Shown here piece by piece: positions 24,541-37,085 of a DNA stretch of 64,000 nt. The notes beneath the pieces were generated by a model. The model did not search any database, was not told where the DNA came from, and saw only the letters and a list, made by a program, of their open reading frames with translations. A program made the position numbers and the translations under genes. Source of the DNA: Octopus bimaculoides (lineage: Eukaryota); contig NC_068982.1 of NCBI RefSeq assembly GCF_001194135.2, forward strand, positions 15,133,335 to 15,197,334, given 5' to 3'. How positions within the stretch are numbered: the first letter of the stretch is position 1; the number at the start of each line of letters is the position of its first letter.

Positions 24541-24686
24541 ATTAGAGGAAAGATCAAAACCAAGGCGGAACGAGTATCTCAAGTCATTTAGAATAATTTA
24601 ATTAGGGTAATTCACCTTGCCCTAATTAAATTATTCTAAATGACTTGAGATACTCGTTGTGCCTTGGTTTTTATTTTTCCTCTAAT
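24541..24686. repeat. 146-bp near-perfect fold-back (70-bp arms, 6-nt loop)
   Basis: Arms 24541-24610 and 24617-24686 match at 65/70 positions, including 39 consecutive. Loop TTCACC. Confidence 0.95.
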
Positions 24687-24864
24687 ATAATATATACCTG
24701 CTATAACAGAACCCTAACACGGATCCCTAGATCGAGCCTTAGCTGTGATCTTGGAACCTACTAACTATAATATTTAATCGTGTACCTATTTGTTTTGATC
24801 ACTAGTGAACTAAACCCCTCATATTCTTTATATATATATGCACACACACACACACGTGGGGAAG

Positions 24865-25915
24865 CAGATATCAAAAAATTTGCCAGTGTTCTGCATTGTG
24901 AGGACCAAAGACTTGAGGTGTTTCGTGTTGCAAGCCAGTGTGTGTGACAGAATTGTGATGTCATAGGAGAGAAATGTGTCTGCATGGATGACGGCTCACT
25001 TGCATTTAATGAGGCTGTAAAGAGAGAGACTTGGCGACACCACTATGAAAGGTTGCTAAATGAAGAGAATGAATGGGAGAAAGAGAGTCTGTCAAATGAT
25101 CCAACAGAGGGACCAGTTATTTGAATTGACAGTACTTTGGTAGATAAAGCAATTGAAGGTATGAAGACAGGGAAAGCCCCCGTCCCATCAGGAATCACCA
25201 CAGATATGTCGGCTATAGTCTAGTCACTTGTATAGTCAATCAGGTGATACATGAAGGAGTTATACCCAATGACTGGTGTAGCAGCACCATAGTCAACTGC
25301 TACAAAGGTAAAGGTGATGCATTAGATACAAATAATTACAGAGATATCAAGTTATTGGATTAGGTAATGAAAGTCACGAAGAGGGTCATAGCCGAACTAA
25401 TTAGGGAGAAAGTTAGTCTAGATGAGATGGAGTTTGGCTTTGTGTCAGGTAGAAGCACCATTGATGCTATATTTCTGGTAAGGCAACTGCAGGAGAAATA
25501 TCTAGCCAAAGATAAACCTCTGCACTTGGCTTTTATTGACTTGGAGAAAGCTTTTGACAGAATCCCCCAATCCGTTATCTGGTGGTCAATACGGAAACTA
25601 GAGATAGATGAGTGGTTAGTGAGAGCTGTACAAGCCATGTACAGGGATACTGTCTGTAAGATGAGGGTTGGCAATGAGTACAGTGAAGAATTCCAGGTAG
25701 GGGTAGGGGTCCTCCAAGGATCAGTCCTCAGTCCCCTCTTATTCATCATAGTCCTGCAGGCAATAGCAGAGGAATTCAAGACAGGATGCACCTGGGAGCT
25801 TCTCTATGCTGATGACTTTGCACTAATATTTGAGTCACTATCTGAACTAGAGGAGAAATTTCAGGTGTGGAAGAAAGGTCTAGAATCAAAGGACTTTTGA
25901 GTCAACCTAGCAATA
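24865..25915 (+). mobile_element. RTE LINE reverse-transcriptase fragment
   Basis: ORF 25367-25900 has AFIDLEKAFDRIP, GVLQGSVLSPLLF and LYADD. Upstream frame has stops. Confidence 0.92.
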
Positions 25916-25929
25916 TGAACCAAATTGGT

Positions 25930-26468
25930 TCACTGGCACCCATGCCAACCTTCCTTCATTGGACACTAAACTCAGCTTGCGAAGACCTGTTGGGGCAAGT
26001 GAGATCGAAACTGAACCAAATTTGATGACTGGCATCCGTGCCAGTGGAGCGCTAACAGCACCATCCGAGTGGGATCACTACCAGAGCAGCGGTCTCACTC
26101 CCATGCCGGTGGCACGTAAAAAGCACCATTTGAGCGCGATTGTTTCCAGCTTTGCCTTACTGGCACTTGTGCCGGTGGCATGTGAACAAAATATTGGACT
26201 GACTCCTGTGCAGGTGGCATGTAAAAAAAACACCATTTGAGTGTGAGCGTTGCCAGTACCGCCGGACTGGCCCTTGTGCCGGTGGCGTGTAAAAAACACC
26301 CACTACACTCTCGGAGTGGTTGGCATTGGGAAGGGCATCCAGCTGTAGAAACTCTGCCAGATCAGATTAGAGTCTGGTGTAGCCATCTGGTTTGCCAGTC
26401 CCAAGTCAAATCGTCCAACCCATGCCAGCATGGAAAGCGGACGTTAAATGATGATGATGATGATGATT
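25930..26468 (+). mobile_element. RTE LINE 3' UTR with internal ~60-bp tandem repeats
   Basis: Repeated GCCGGTGGCACGTAAAAAGCACC units and (GAT)n tail. Confidence 0.82.
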
Positions 26469-26546
26469 CTAAAGAATTTATAAGAGTTGTGATTAGTAAA
26501 ATTAGAGTTGTGATGATAATGATGTTGATCTCTTTTGTGGAAAGAT

Positions 26547-26812
26547 TTATAAAAAAAAATAAATGCTCCCTTTCAAAGCCTAGCCAGGCTCATGGGCCTG
26601 GTTTCCCGGTTTCAATGGCGTATGTGTTCCCCAGCTGGATGGGACGCCAGTTCATCGCAGCGTTACTCATTTTTGCCAGCTGAGTGGACTGGAGCAACGT
26701 GAAAATGAAGTGTTTTGCTCAAGAACACAACGCGTTGCCCGGTCCAGGAATCGAAACCACAATCTTACAATCATGATGCTGACACTCTAACCACTAAACC
26801 ATGCGCCTCCAC
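26547..26812 (-). mobile_element. tRNA-derived SINE family A with TSD
   Basis: Reverse-complement sister of 5573-5828. TSD TGGAAAGAT at 26538-26546 and 26813-26821. Confidence 0.88.
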
Positions 26813-27775
26813 TGGAAAGATGTATAAGCTTGTAAAATTTCACATTTCGTCTGTGATTTAGTTTATGCTGCCTGGAAGTATATTGGCAATTATTGCTGGA
26901 AACAGCTGTGTTAACATGAATTTTCTTTTGCATATCATCATCATCATCATCATTGTTTAACGTCCGCCTTCCATGCTAGCATGGGTTGGACGATTTGACT
27001 GAGGAATGGCTACACCAGGCTCCAATCTGATTTCACAGAGTTAGTAAATGAAAATGTGTATGATTGTGATTGAAAACCTGCATGTGCGTGTTGGTATCTT
27101 AAAGCTACATACATGTGTGTGTATGTGTGTGTTGAAATGTATGTCTAAGTGTGTGGATTGAATAAGTGTATTTTGAGAGAGAAAGAGAGAGATGTGTATT
27201 TTAGTAAACAAGAAAGTAAGAACTATGGATAATAGATGAAGACTTTGCTATGGAACAGGAAGTTAGCTGATTATCACCTGATACCTTCTAACTGTGGTCA
27301 GTCACATAAGTTGAAGATTCCACGACTGAAATCTTAATTAACATCTAAAGAACAGAGATAGATGCTTTTACAGCTACATATCTTGGCAAGAATGGAGGGA
27401 TACCTTTTTGATGGCTAAATATATTGTAAATCTGACCTTGTGAAAAAAAAAAAGAAAAACAGAGAGAGAGAGAAACGGAAGGAGAAAGAGAGGAGAGACA
27501 GTGAGAGAGAAATTTGTTTCTATTTTCCACTTAACTTTTGCAAGAAACAGAACTTTTTCTTAATCTTGTTTGTTCCACTTGAAGTTTTCTGTATGATAAA
27601 TTGCTGGGATGAATCATTTTGCAAAATGTAAATAACGGGGAAAAAATAGGACATGTTTGCCAGAAATAGAATCGTGGACGTAGCTAATAATTAATTTTTA
27701 TGTCATTTAGACGACACTTAAATAACTTTATATTTTAGATTTATCTGTATTTCCTTTGGATTCTGTAACTGTATT

Positions 27776-27981
27776 CTTTTACTTGTCTCAGTCACTTGAC
27801 TGTGGCCATGCTGGAGCACCGCCTTTAGTCGAATCAAATCGACTCCAGGACTTATTCTTTGTAAGCCTAGTACTTATTCTATCGGTCTTTTTTTGCCGAA
27901 CTGCTAAGTTACGGGGACCTAAACACACCAGCATCGGTTGCCAAGCGATGTTGGTGGGGGACAAACACAGATACACAACAT

Positions 27982-28023
<42 letters not shown>

Positions 28024-28186
28024 TACGACGGGCTTCTTTCAGTTTCCGTCTACCAAATCCACTCACAAGGCTTTGGTCGGCCTGAGGCTATAGTAAAAGA
28101 CACTTGCCCAAGCTACCATGCAGTGGGACTGAACCCGGAACCATGTAGTTGTGAAGCAAGCTTCTTACCACACAGCCACTCCTGCT
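27776..28186 (-). mobile_element. SINE family B, near full length
   Basis: Head, CORE-like segment, internal (TA)/(TG) microsatellite, GGCGGTGCTCCAGCATGGCC tail. Confidence 0.82.
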
Positions 28187-28540
28187 CCTCCAAATATAGT
28201 GGCCAAAAATAAAAGAAGATTAGAATTCTTGCAGATGATCTTCGTTTAATATTCAGATCACTCTGTGAAATATAATGCGTATTTATTCACATTATTTCGA
28301 ATTAATCTTGCATTATCTTCAAGTTTTGAGACAGTCGATGATGTGATTGTTTATTTTTCAGAATGACATTGCAGGGTATGTATCAGAGGCCAGATCTGAC
28401 CAGTTTCAACGATAACCAAGTAGAATATTTGAGCTGGATATGGCCGGTTTAAATGCTAAAATGTTAAAGATAGGATAACCACAGAAACATTAATGTCCAG
28501 GCCTTTAGGAATCTTTCTGTATTTCAAACTTCATCTTCAG

Positions 28541-29190
28541 TGCAGGCTTGAGTGTGTGGTAAGAAGTTTGCTTCCCAACCACGTGGTTCCGGGTTCACTC
28601 CCACTACATGACACCTTGGGCAAGTGTCTTCTGCTGTAGCCTCAGGTCAACCAAAGCCTTGTGAGTGGAGTGGATTTGGTAGGCAGAAAAGATAAGGCGG
28701 CGAGCTGGCAGAAACGTTAGCACGCCGGGCGAAATGCTTAGTGGTATTTCGTCTGCTGCTACGTTCTGAGTTCAAATTCCACCGAGGTCAACTTTGCCTT
28801 TCATCCTTTCGGGGTCGATAAACTAAGTACCAGTTACACACTGGGGTCAATGTAATCGACTTAATCTCCTTGTTTGTCCCCTCTATGTTTAGCCCCTTGT
28901 GGGCAATAACGAAATAAGAAACCGAAAGAAGACTGTTGTGTGTATATATGTGTGTGTGTGTGTGTGTATTTGTGTGTTTGTGTCTGTGTTTGTCCCCCCC
29001 CCACCACCACCACTTGACAACCAGTGTTGGTGTGTTTACGTCCCTGTAACTTAGTGGTTCAGCAAAAAGAGACTGATAGAATAAGTACAAGGCTTAAAAC
29101 CAAAGTCCTGGGGTCGATTTGTTTGACTAAAAACCTTTAAGGCAGTGCTCCAGCATGGCCGCAGTCAAATGACTGAAACAAGTAAAAGAT
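28541..29190 (+). mobile_element. SINE family B interrupted by a nested family C SINE (~28695-28920)
   Basis: Family B sequence breaks at GGATTTGGTAGGCAGAAA and resumes at CCGAAAGAAGAC after a complete family C copy. Confidence 0.8.
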
Positions 29191-29244
29191 ATCTTATAGA
29201 ATCGTGGATAGTTGAGAATGAAAGTTCTCTTGTCTTCTAGTTAA

Positions 29245-29429
29245 CCCTTTGCCTGTTCTGTGTACCATGGTGACACACACAGCATATTTCCATGGTAACC
29301 ATGCATCTTCCCAATTTTCTTTTAACCATCAGAGTAACTTGTGACTTATAAAAGGAAAGCTTTATATTACCCAAAACTAACATGGATGTTTAGGACAAAC
29401 TTATGATAATGCTTTGGGTAGGCAAAGGG
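29245..29429. mobile_element. piggyBac-type MITE
   Basis: TTAA|CCCTTTGCCT ... AGGCAAAGGG|TTAA: 10-bp TIR, TTAA at 29241-29244 and 29430-29433, no ORF. Confidence 0.75.
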
Positions 29430-29532
29430 TTAACATTAGCTTTGAAGATATGAGATTTCACTTCTTTCCTCCACCATATTGTTGTTTAGATGCAAGTTAA
29501 TCTTGACTGAGCAGATCCATGTTCAAAAATGC

Positions 29533-29838
29533 TTTGTTGTTGTTGTGGTTTGTTCTTTCTCGAGCCATATCTGGCTCATAAGGGCCAATTTCCCTGTTTC
29601 ATTGGCGTATAGGTTCCCCACCCGGACAGGACACTGGTCTGTCACAGGTGAGCTTCTAGATGTAGGAGGAAAGAGTGAGAGAAAGTTGTGGCGAAAGAGT
29701 CAGCAGAAGTTTGCTATTACCTTCTGCCGAAGTTGCTTGTAAACACACACACACACACACACTGCCCAGTCTGAGATTCGAACCCGCGATCCCTCGATCG
29801 CAAGTCTGCTACTCTAGCCACTAGGCCATCTGTCTCTA
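29533..29838 (-). mobile_element. tRNA-derived SINE (family A-related) with (AAC)n tail
   Basis: Reverse complement gives TGGCCTAGTGG (A box) and GGGTTCGAATC (B box). Body shared with 60227-60503. Confidence 0.72.
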
Positions 29839-30322
29839 CTCAAAAATGCTTTAGCATGAACCATTCCTTTTTCTGCAGACCAGATCACATGCTCTTATTA
29901 TTGTTACAGTTTGTTNNNNNNNNNNNNNNNNNNNNNNNNNNNNNNNNNNNNNNNNNNNNNNNNNNNNNNNNNNNNNNNNNNNNNNNNNNNNNNNNNNNNN
30001 NNNNNNNNNNNNNNNNNNNNNNNNNNNNNNNNNNNNNNNNNNNNNNNNNNNNNNNNNNNNNNNNNNNNNNNNNNNNNNNNNNNNNNNNNNNNNNNNNNNN
30101 NNNNNNNNNNNNNNNNNNNNNNNNNNNNNNNNNNNNNNNNNNNNNNNNNNNNNNNNNNNNNNNNNNNNNNNNNNNNNNNNNNNNNNNNNNNNNNNNNNNN
30201 NNNNNNNNNNNNNNNNNNNNNNNNNNNNNNNNNNNNNNNNNNNNNNNNNNNNNNNNNNNNNNNNNNNNNNNNNNNNNNNNNNNNNNNNNNNNNNNNNNNN
30301 NNNNNNNNNNNNNNNNNNNNNN

Positions 30323-30400
30323 GGCACCTTGGGCAAGTGTCTTCTACTATAGCCTCAGGCCGACTAAAGCCTTGTGACGGAAACTGAAAGAAGTCCATCG

Positions 30401-30435
<35 letters not shown>

Positions 30436-30640
30436 TTGTGTGTCTGTGTTTGACCCCCTAGCATTGCTTGACAACCGATGCTGGTGTGTTTATGTCCCTG
30501 TCACTTAGCAGTTCGGCAAAAGAAACCGATAGAATAAGTACTAGGCTTCCAAAGAATAAGTCCTGGGGTCGATTTGCTCGACTAAAGGCGGTGCTCCAGC
30601 ATGGCCGCAGTCAAATGACTGAAACAAGTAAAAGAGTAAA
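30323..30640 (+). mobile_element. SINE family B (5' end in gap)
   Basis: CORE-like segment and tail match the consensus. Confidence 0.8.
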
Positions 30641-30890
30641 CATTATAGGTTTTACTGCTCTAACCGTGATTTAAAAATTATGTTTTTATTGACTATTTAC
30701 CATTTTCTGTTTGTCTTATGTTCAACTGATGTTATTTATTTCAAGTTTTGAATGTGACAGTTCAGTATTGCTATTATGGACTGATTATTTTGTTTTTCTT
30801 TTTCATATTTTAATTAATGAAATTAATGCTTCTCATAGACATTTAATTGCTTTGGTTTTTAAAACATTTTTTTTTCCTTCTTAATTTCAG

Positions 30891-32554
30891 GTTTCCTGTC
30901 TTCTTTGTTTGTTTTCTGCCTTGAACTCAACTACATCCAGTTAGTATATTCTTACATCTTCTCTGGAGGAATAATTATTTTGTGCCAGCATATAAATTCC
31001 TCATATACACAGATGCCACTAACTTATAGTGTTTTGTTTTTAAAAGAAGAATTAGCCTTCAAAAGTTTAAAGCGCTTTCTATTCTTTGTAGTAGTTAATT
31101 TCACTTTACAAAGGCTTTTTATTCATTTTCGAAGAAAGGGCCGGTTGTGGGCATACTTTGAAGGAAATTACCTTGAATTTAGTATTTACATTACTTTTCT
31201 TTTGGTAGTATTTAGCAAATTAGTTACAGACATTTACACACCTCAAATTTTAATATATCTACACACTTTTTACACATTTTCTTTGCTTCTTTTTGAAATA
31301 ATTTTAGAAAGACAAAACATTTTTACATTTATTCAAGACTGCTACCAATCTGTTCGTGAAGATTTGGGAAATTTTGGAATTCAAATTTTCCTTGAATCCC
31401 ACTGGATTCGTCTTCACTTTCCACAAGTATTTCGTTTGTTCTGGTTCAGCCGTTTTATGTACCATTTACTATTTTATGTCAACATGATAGCTTTACCAGA
31501 CAATGCAAGTCCAGATGAAGTTTTTTCAAAATTAATTTCGGGGAAGATACCTGAAAACACTTTGGAACTTTATACTGTGATTAGTAAAAGTCTACTTGTC
31601 CGTGGCTGTGATACATTTATTGCTCTTTTTGGGCTCACATGCATTGTGTCCCTCATCTCACATTATATAGGCATCTTTGTTGCATATTTTGTTGGTTGTG
31701 ATGTTGAGGAAGATCGAAATGCTGACCGTAATGTTGGTTTATTATCTGCCATGCTGTTCTTAGTTTTAGCATTACAAACAGGTCTAACTAGTCTTGAGGT
31801 TGATGCACGTTTAGTAAGACTGTTCCGTAATTTTTGTTTATTATCGACTGCTATTTTCCATTTTGTCCACAGTATGGTACACCCTATTCTAATGTCAGTA
31901 AGTGCATCACGAAATTCCGTGCCCAATCGACACATACGACCATTATTGATGTGTTTTATTCTCATCCTTTTCCCCTGTCTTCTCTTGAAATATCTTTGGA
32001 GTCACCATTCTACAAGTACTTGGCTTTTGGCCGTGTCGGCATTTAGTATTGAGATCATTGTCAAAGTCCTCGTTACAGTAACTGTGTACATTTTGTTTAT
32101 GATAGATGCTTACAGAAATAGCTTCTGGGAGGGATTAGATGACTATGTCTATTATATTCAATCTGCTGGCAATACTGTTGAGTTTTTGTTTGGAATCTTC
32201 TTATTTTGCAACGGCACATGGATTATGTTGTTTGAATCTGGTGGAACCATCCGGGCTATCATGATGTGTATACATGCTTACTTCAATATATGGCTGCAAG
32301 CGAAAAAAGGTTGGAAAATGTTTATGCACCGTCGGACAGCTGTGAGCAAAATCAATTCTCTTCCTGATGCATCTGAAGGACAGTTACAGGAACTTAACGA
32401 TCTGTGTGCTATTTGTTTTGAACATCTGAATTCGGCAAAGATAACACCATGCAACCATTACTTCCATGGAGTATGTCTGCGTAAATGGCTTTATATCCAA
32501 GACAAATGTCCAATGTGCCACAGTTTGATATACGAAATCAGACAGCTAGACTAA
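30891..32554 (+). CDS. RNF139: RNF139/TRC8-like E3 ubiquitin ligase, coding exon 2 (multi-TM TRC8 N domain + C-terminal RING-H2)
   Basis: Strong acceptor TTTTTCCTTCTTAATTTCAG|G. Motifs FRLFWFSR, LFLVLALQTGL, LDDYVYY, IRAIMMCIHAYFNIWLQAKKGWKMFMHRRTAVSKINSLP. RING-H2 CAICF...ITPCNHYFHGVCLRKWLYIQDKCPMCH. 181+1664 nt = 614 aa + stop. Closer to RNF139 than RNF145 as I recall those sequences. Confidence 0.93.
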
Positions 32555-33800
32555 TACTGTTATAAAAGAAAGCCGTACCAGATATATAACAGCAACAGGT
32601 AGCAGCAACAGCATCGTGTTCTGAACACTTCTTCAGACCTGTCAGATTTTTGTTTAAGAATTTCATTGTTACCATTTTATGCATATCTCAGGAAGAAATG
32701 AAACTTAAAAGGTGAGCTGGAAGTTTGTTCTGGAGTTTGAGGTTGAGGAAATCTCTCAGTTTTCACAACAAGGATATTTTTTAAACAACATCTGACTGCT
32801 TCACACTCTAACATGATCTGCCTTTTACAATTTTGAATGTTTTATGTCCACCAGCAAAGGATCCAACTAATAACTTTCATGATTCTACATTTGACAAAAA
32901 AAAAAAGAAAAAAAAAAAAGGGAGATTATCAATCTAAATTTTTAAAAGTTTCCTTTTGTGTAAACAAACTAGTCTTTATCACAGATCCCTTGACTATTAT
33001 TAATCTGTAAATATGTAATATACGGAAAACTGATCTCTGGACTTATTTATGCAAAGAGAAATATAAAAAGTTGAATGTAGACGTAGCATAACGGAAAAGT
33101 TAGCAACTTTTTTTGTTATAAATTTAAAAAAAAAGCAACAAAAACAAAACAATTATCTTTCCAAAATAAAATTTACACATTATAAGGTATATTTTCAATA
33201 TAATTTTTTTTTTCTTGCAAAACTTACCTTGATATATTTAAAAAAAAAAAATGGATTTACAAACAACCCCTCCACTATTTAATTTTCTTCATTTCTTTTA
33301 GCTGTTTCATTTAAATGTGCTTACTGCATTTTCACTTGTGCATCTTATTTACAGATGTTATTTCAGATTATTACCATAATTATGATAGCTCTTGTTAGAG
33401 AAATTAACAGTTATTGGTTCCATCAGTTATTTTATGTTATTCGTAGACAAACGTTTAAAAGATGTGATTAGCATGATTGGCAACTTTTACTTCTATGATC
33501 TGTGGAAAAATTCTTCAATTGTTGGCAAGAGGCATTAAAAAAACAAAATTTTTTTTTGTTTGTTTTATCTTGAATGTTTTCAAGTTACTTTTTTTTTGTT
33601 TGAATCAGTTAATTAAAATTTTAAAAGAAAGAGTAATAAAAAGGAGAAACTAACTGAAATTATAAATTAAAAATCAGTTTTCAATTTTAATTGAACATCT
33701 GGTTGTGATGTTGGAGAGTGATCGTTTATTAAAGTTTTTTTCATGTTGAGTGGCATTTTGCAGTTTTAGAATATCAGTCCTGATAATAAGTTAAATATAT
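32555..33800 (+). other. Probable AU-rich 3' UTR of the RNF139-like gene
   Basis: TE-free, A/U-tract-rich stretch after the stop. AATAAA at 33165-33170. The end is not determinable. Confidence 0.45.
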
Positions 33801-34669
33801 TAGAATCTTATTTCTTTTCACATGCAAAATGCACAGTCTAGGAATGTCAAAGACACCAGATATTCAGGACTTAATCCAAAACCAAATAATCGTTTTTTTT
33901 TTGTTTGTTTAAATTATGTATTTAGCTACCTGTTTCTCCCAAACCAGAGTGGTAATATAAACTTTTTTGTAGTTTGGTCAGAGGAGGAAAAGGAGTGCTC
34001 ATAACTTTCTTGCCAGACCTCCAAGACTCTGTAATTGTGTGTGTGTGTGTGACACATACATGTGGAAGAAAGCACAACCTCAACTGAAGGCTTGAAACAA
34101 GAATAGACTTTATTAAGAGGCCAGATGGGGACTGCAAACAGGGTAACACTTTAATTCTACCATCTTAGAACAAGTGCAGTCCTTTTGACAAGCTTCTACA
34201 TAGTTTCCATCAGCCAAACTCCACTCTCGAGGTTTGGGTCAATCTGAGGTTATGGTAGAAACTGTTTGTCCAAGGTGCAATGTAGTGGAATTAAGCAAAC
34301 TTCTAAGCCATACATCCATCCTTACATGCCTGTAAGTCGAAAGGCTAGAAATATTTACTGGAATATTGTTTTATTGAGATTATTTAGTTCACCAAAGTGG
34401 AAAAACTTGTCTCATGAATAAATCTGACAAAGATTTTCGGGTTTTCTGCAGCTTGCAACAGTAAGCATCTTGCTGGCAAAAGAAAGCAAAGATTGAGTAA
34501 CTTAGTCTGACATGTATAAGCACATATGTCACTTTATATATATATATGTGTGTGTGTGTGTACTTATGCCATTATATATATATATAAATATATGGTTGGG
34601 GAGCAAGCTGCTTACCACACAGCCAGGCCTGCACCTATAGATATATTGAATATTCAGATATACAATATA

Positions 34670-34805
34670 TCATCATCATCATCGTTTAACGTCCGCTTTC
34701 CATGCTAGCATGGGTTGGACGATTTGACTGAGGACTGGTGAAACCGGATGGCAACACCAGGCTCCAATCTAAATTTGGCAGAGTTTCTACAGCTGGATGC
34801 CCTTT
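34670..34805 (-). mobile_element. RTE LINE 3' end
   Basis: Family motif with (CAT)n on +. Confidence 0.78.
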
Positions 34806-34842
34806 ATNNNNNNNNNNTATCTGAATATTCAATATATCTATA

Positions 34843-35225
34843 GGCGCAGGCGTGGCTGTGTGGTAAGCAGCTTGCTCCCCAACCACATGGTTGCAGGTTC
34901 AGTCCCACTGTGTGGCACCTTTGGCAAGTGTCTCCTACTATAGCGTCGGGCCGACCAAAGCCTTATGAGTGGATTTGGTAGACGGAAACTGAACATGAAT
35001 ATATATATATATGTGTGTGTGTGTGTTTGCGTGTCTGTGTTCCCCCCATCCCACCATTACTTGACAACCAATGTTGGTGTGTTTACATCCCCATCACTTA
35101 GCAGTTCAGCAAAAGAGCCTGATAGAATAAGTACTAGGCTCACAAAGAATAAATCCTGAGGTCGATTTATTCGACTAAAAGGTCGTGCTCCAGCATGGCA
35201 ACAGTCGACTGAAATGAGTGAAAGG
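34843..35225 (+). mobile_element. SINE family B
   Basis: Full consensus order: head, core, microsatellite, tail. Confidence 0.8.
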
Positions 35226-35248
35226 GTACATGTATTATAAGTATATAG

Positions 35249-35301
<53 letters not shown>

Positions 35302-36844
35302 ATATTTGTAGACACACACACACATTCATATCTGTCTTATTAAAGTTAAATTCAATTCTAGATGATGTCGTATTTAAGAAACCATTCAAAACCCTATCAC
35401 ATTTATCTGACTAAGCTAAAGATCCATTTTTTTTTCATAAATTCCAAAATTCTGAATAATCGTTAAGTATAAAAATATTAAAAGACTAACTTCTTCAGAA
35501 GTATATAATTTAACTGTACAACCCTTGGTTTGTTTCTCTTCTTGTCTTTGTTATTGTTTGTACATCTGGTTACCTATGTATAACTAGGTAAATCCAGGAT
35601 TTAATTTTACTAACGAGAAGGTAAATTTTTCTGACTGTTAACCTCATCTTTAGAAAGTAGACGTGTTTTTAATATTTACATCAATACTACCACATGGTTT
35701 ACGGTTCTGTTCCCTAGCATGACACCTTGAGCAAGTGTCTTCTGCTATAGCCTTGGGCTGACCAATGCTTTGTGAATGCAATTGGTAGATAAAAACTATA
35801 TAGAAGCCCATTGTATGTGTGTGAGTGTTTTTATATGCATATGTGTATGTCTATATATACATGTATGTATGTATTTATAAAGATGTATATGTAGATGGAT
35901 GTCTGTGTGTGTATGTGTATGTGTGTGTGTATATATATATAATCTACATATGTATGTGTGTATATATGATCCTGACATCATAACAGAGTTATACATCTTC
36001 AGAATTTATTTATTAAAGTATTTTCTTCATTTTCTTATTTATGAAGAAATTACTTCAATAAATAAATTTTGCAGATCTATAATTCTCCATTCTTCTTTAT
36101 CATGTCCTGTATGCTACATGAAATCCAACGAAATGAACTCGGGATTTACCTATCAAATGAAATACAGTTTCTTTATCTAAAAGGATTCTGAAGATACCCT
36201 ATCATTCAATATGGTTAGCCAGATCTGGATTGTATTAGAGTATTCATTAGGTACCTACCTAGATTTCAAATTCTTATTCTTTTATGTTACATATACATGC
36301 ATATATGTATGTATATACATACACACCCACACAACACATACATACATATATTCATGTATGCGTGAGTATTTATTTCCATGTCTTTTGCATGAAACCGTTT
36401 GGGCTTCAGCCTTGGTTTAAGCTGCTGTAAATAGTTTGTCCTGCAGCTTGAGGGTTTGTGTGTGTGTAAAGATGAATACAATAATGCATCACTTGAAAAA
36501 CAGAGAGTTGTTGACATGAAGGGTACCTAGCCGCAGAATACTATCAAAGAGAGTCTTGTCCAATTCCTGCTGCCAGCATGAAGAAATAAAAAAGGAATGG
36601 TCTTCAAAACAATGCTGGGATAAACATTACATTTCTTTCTTTTTTTTTTTTTGTTTTCTAATTGTTGTTGTTGTCTGGGGTCATATTCCTAACTACGTGC
36701 TTAGTATCAGACTGGATTTGAACTAGGAACTTGCATTTCTAAATTAAAGGCAGTAATGCTCTGAATTTAGAAATAAACAATCCTGTTGGTTCGATTACAG
36801 GAGTAAGGCAATATTGATCTGAGATCAAACTGTTTGAAACGTAG

Positions 36845-37085
36845 TGCAGATCATCATCATCATCATCATCATCACCATTAAATATCCATTTTCCATGCTT
36901 GCACAAGGTGGACAGTTCTGCAGTAACAGGTGAGCCAGAGGACTGTGCCATGATCCAGTGTCTGCTTTGGTATGGTTTCTACGGTTGAATGCCCTTCCTA
37001 ATGCCAGCCACTTTAGAGAGTGTGTTGGGTGCTTCTCATGTGATATTGGCACCAGTGGAGTCACCAGGTAACTTGCAAGACAAGA
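36845..37085 (-). mobile_element. Diverged RTE LINE 3' UTR
   Basis: (CAT)n and AATGCCCTTCCTAATGCCAGCCAC motif. Confidence 0.62.

Noticed and set aside
25367-25900. Functional reverse transcriptase gene
   Set aside because: Truncated after YADD, upstream frame has stops and a deletion, and no endonuclease is present. It is a dead RTE copy.
29760-29838. tRNA gene (also 5573-5650, 26740-26812, 60227-60300)
   Set aside because: A and B boxes are present, but acceptor and anticodon stems do not pair and each continues into a multi-copy SINE body with tail or TSD.
34590-34890. ~70-bp inverted duplication of a SINE head and its flank around an RTE end
   Set aside because: It straddles a 10-N gap, so a contig-orientation artefact is most likely. 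Long reads would decide.
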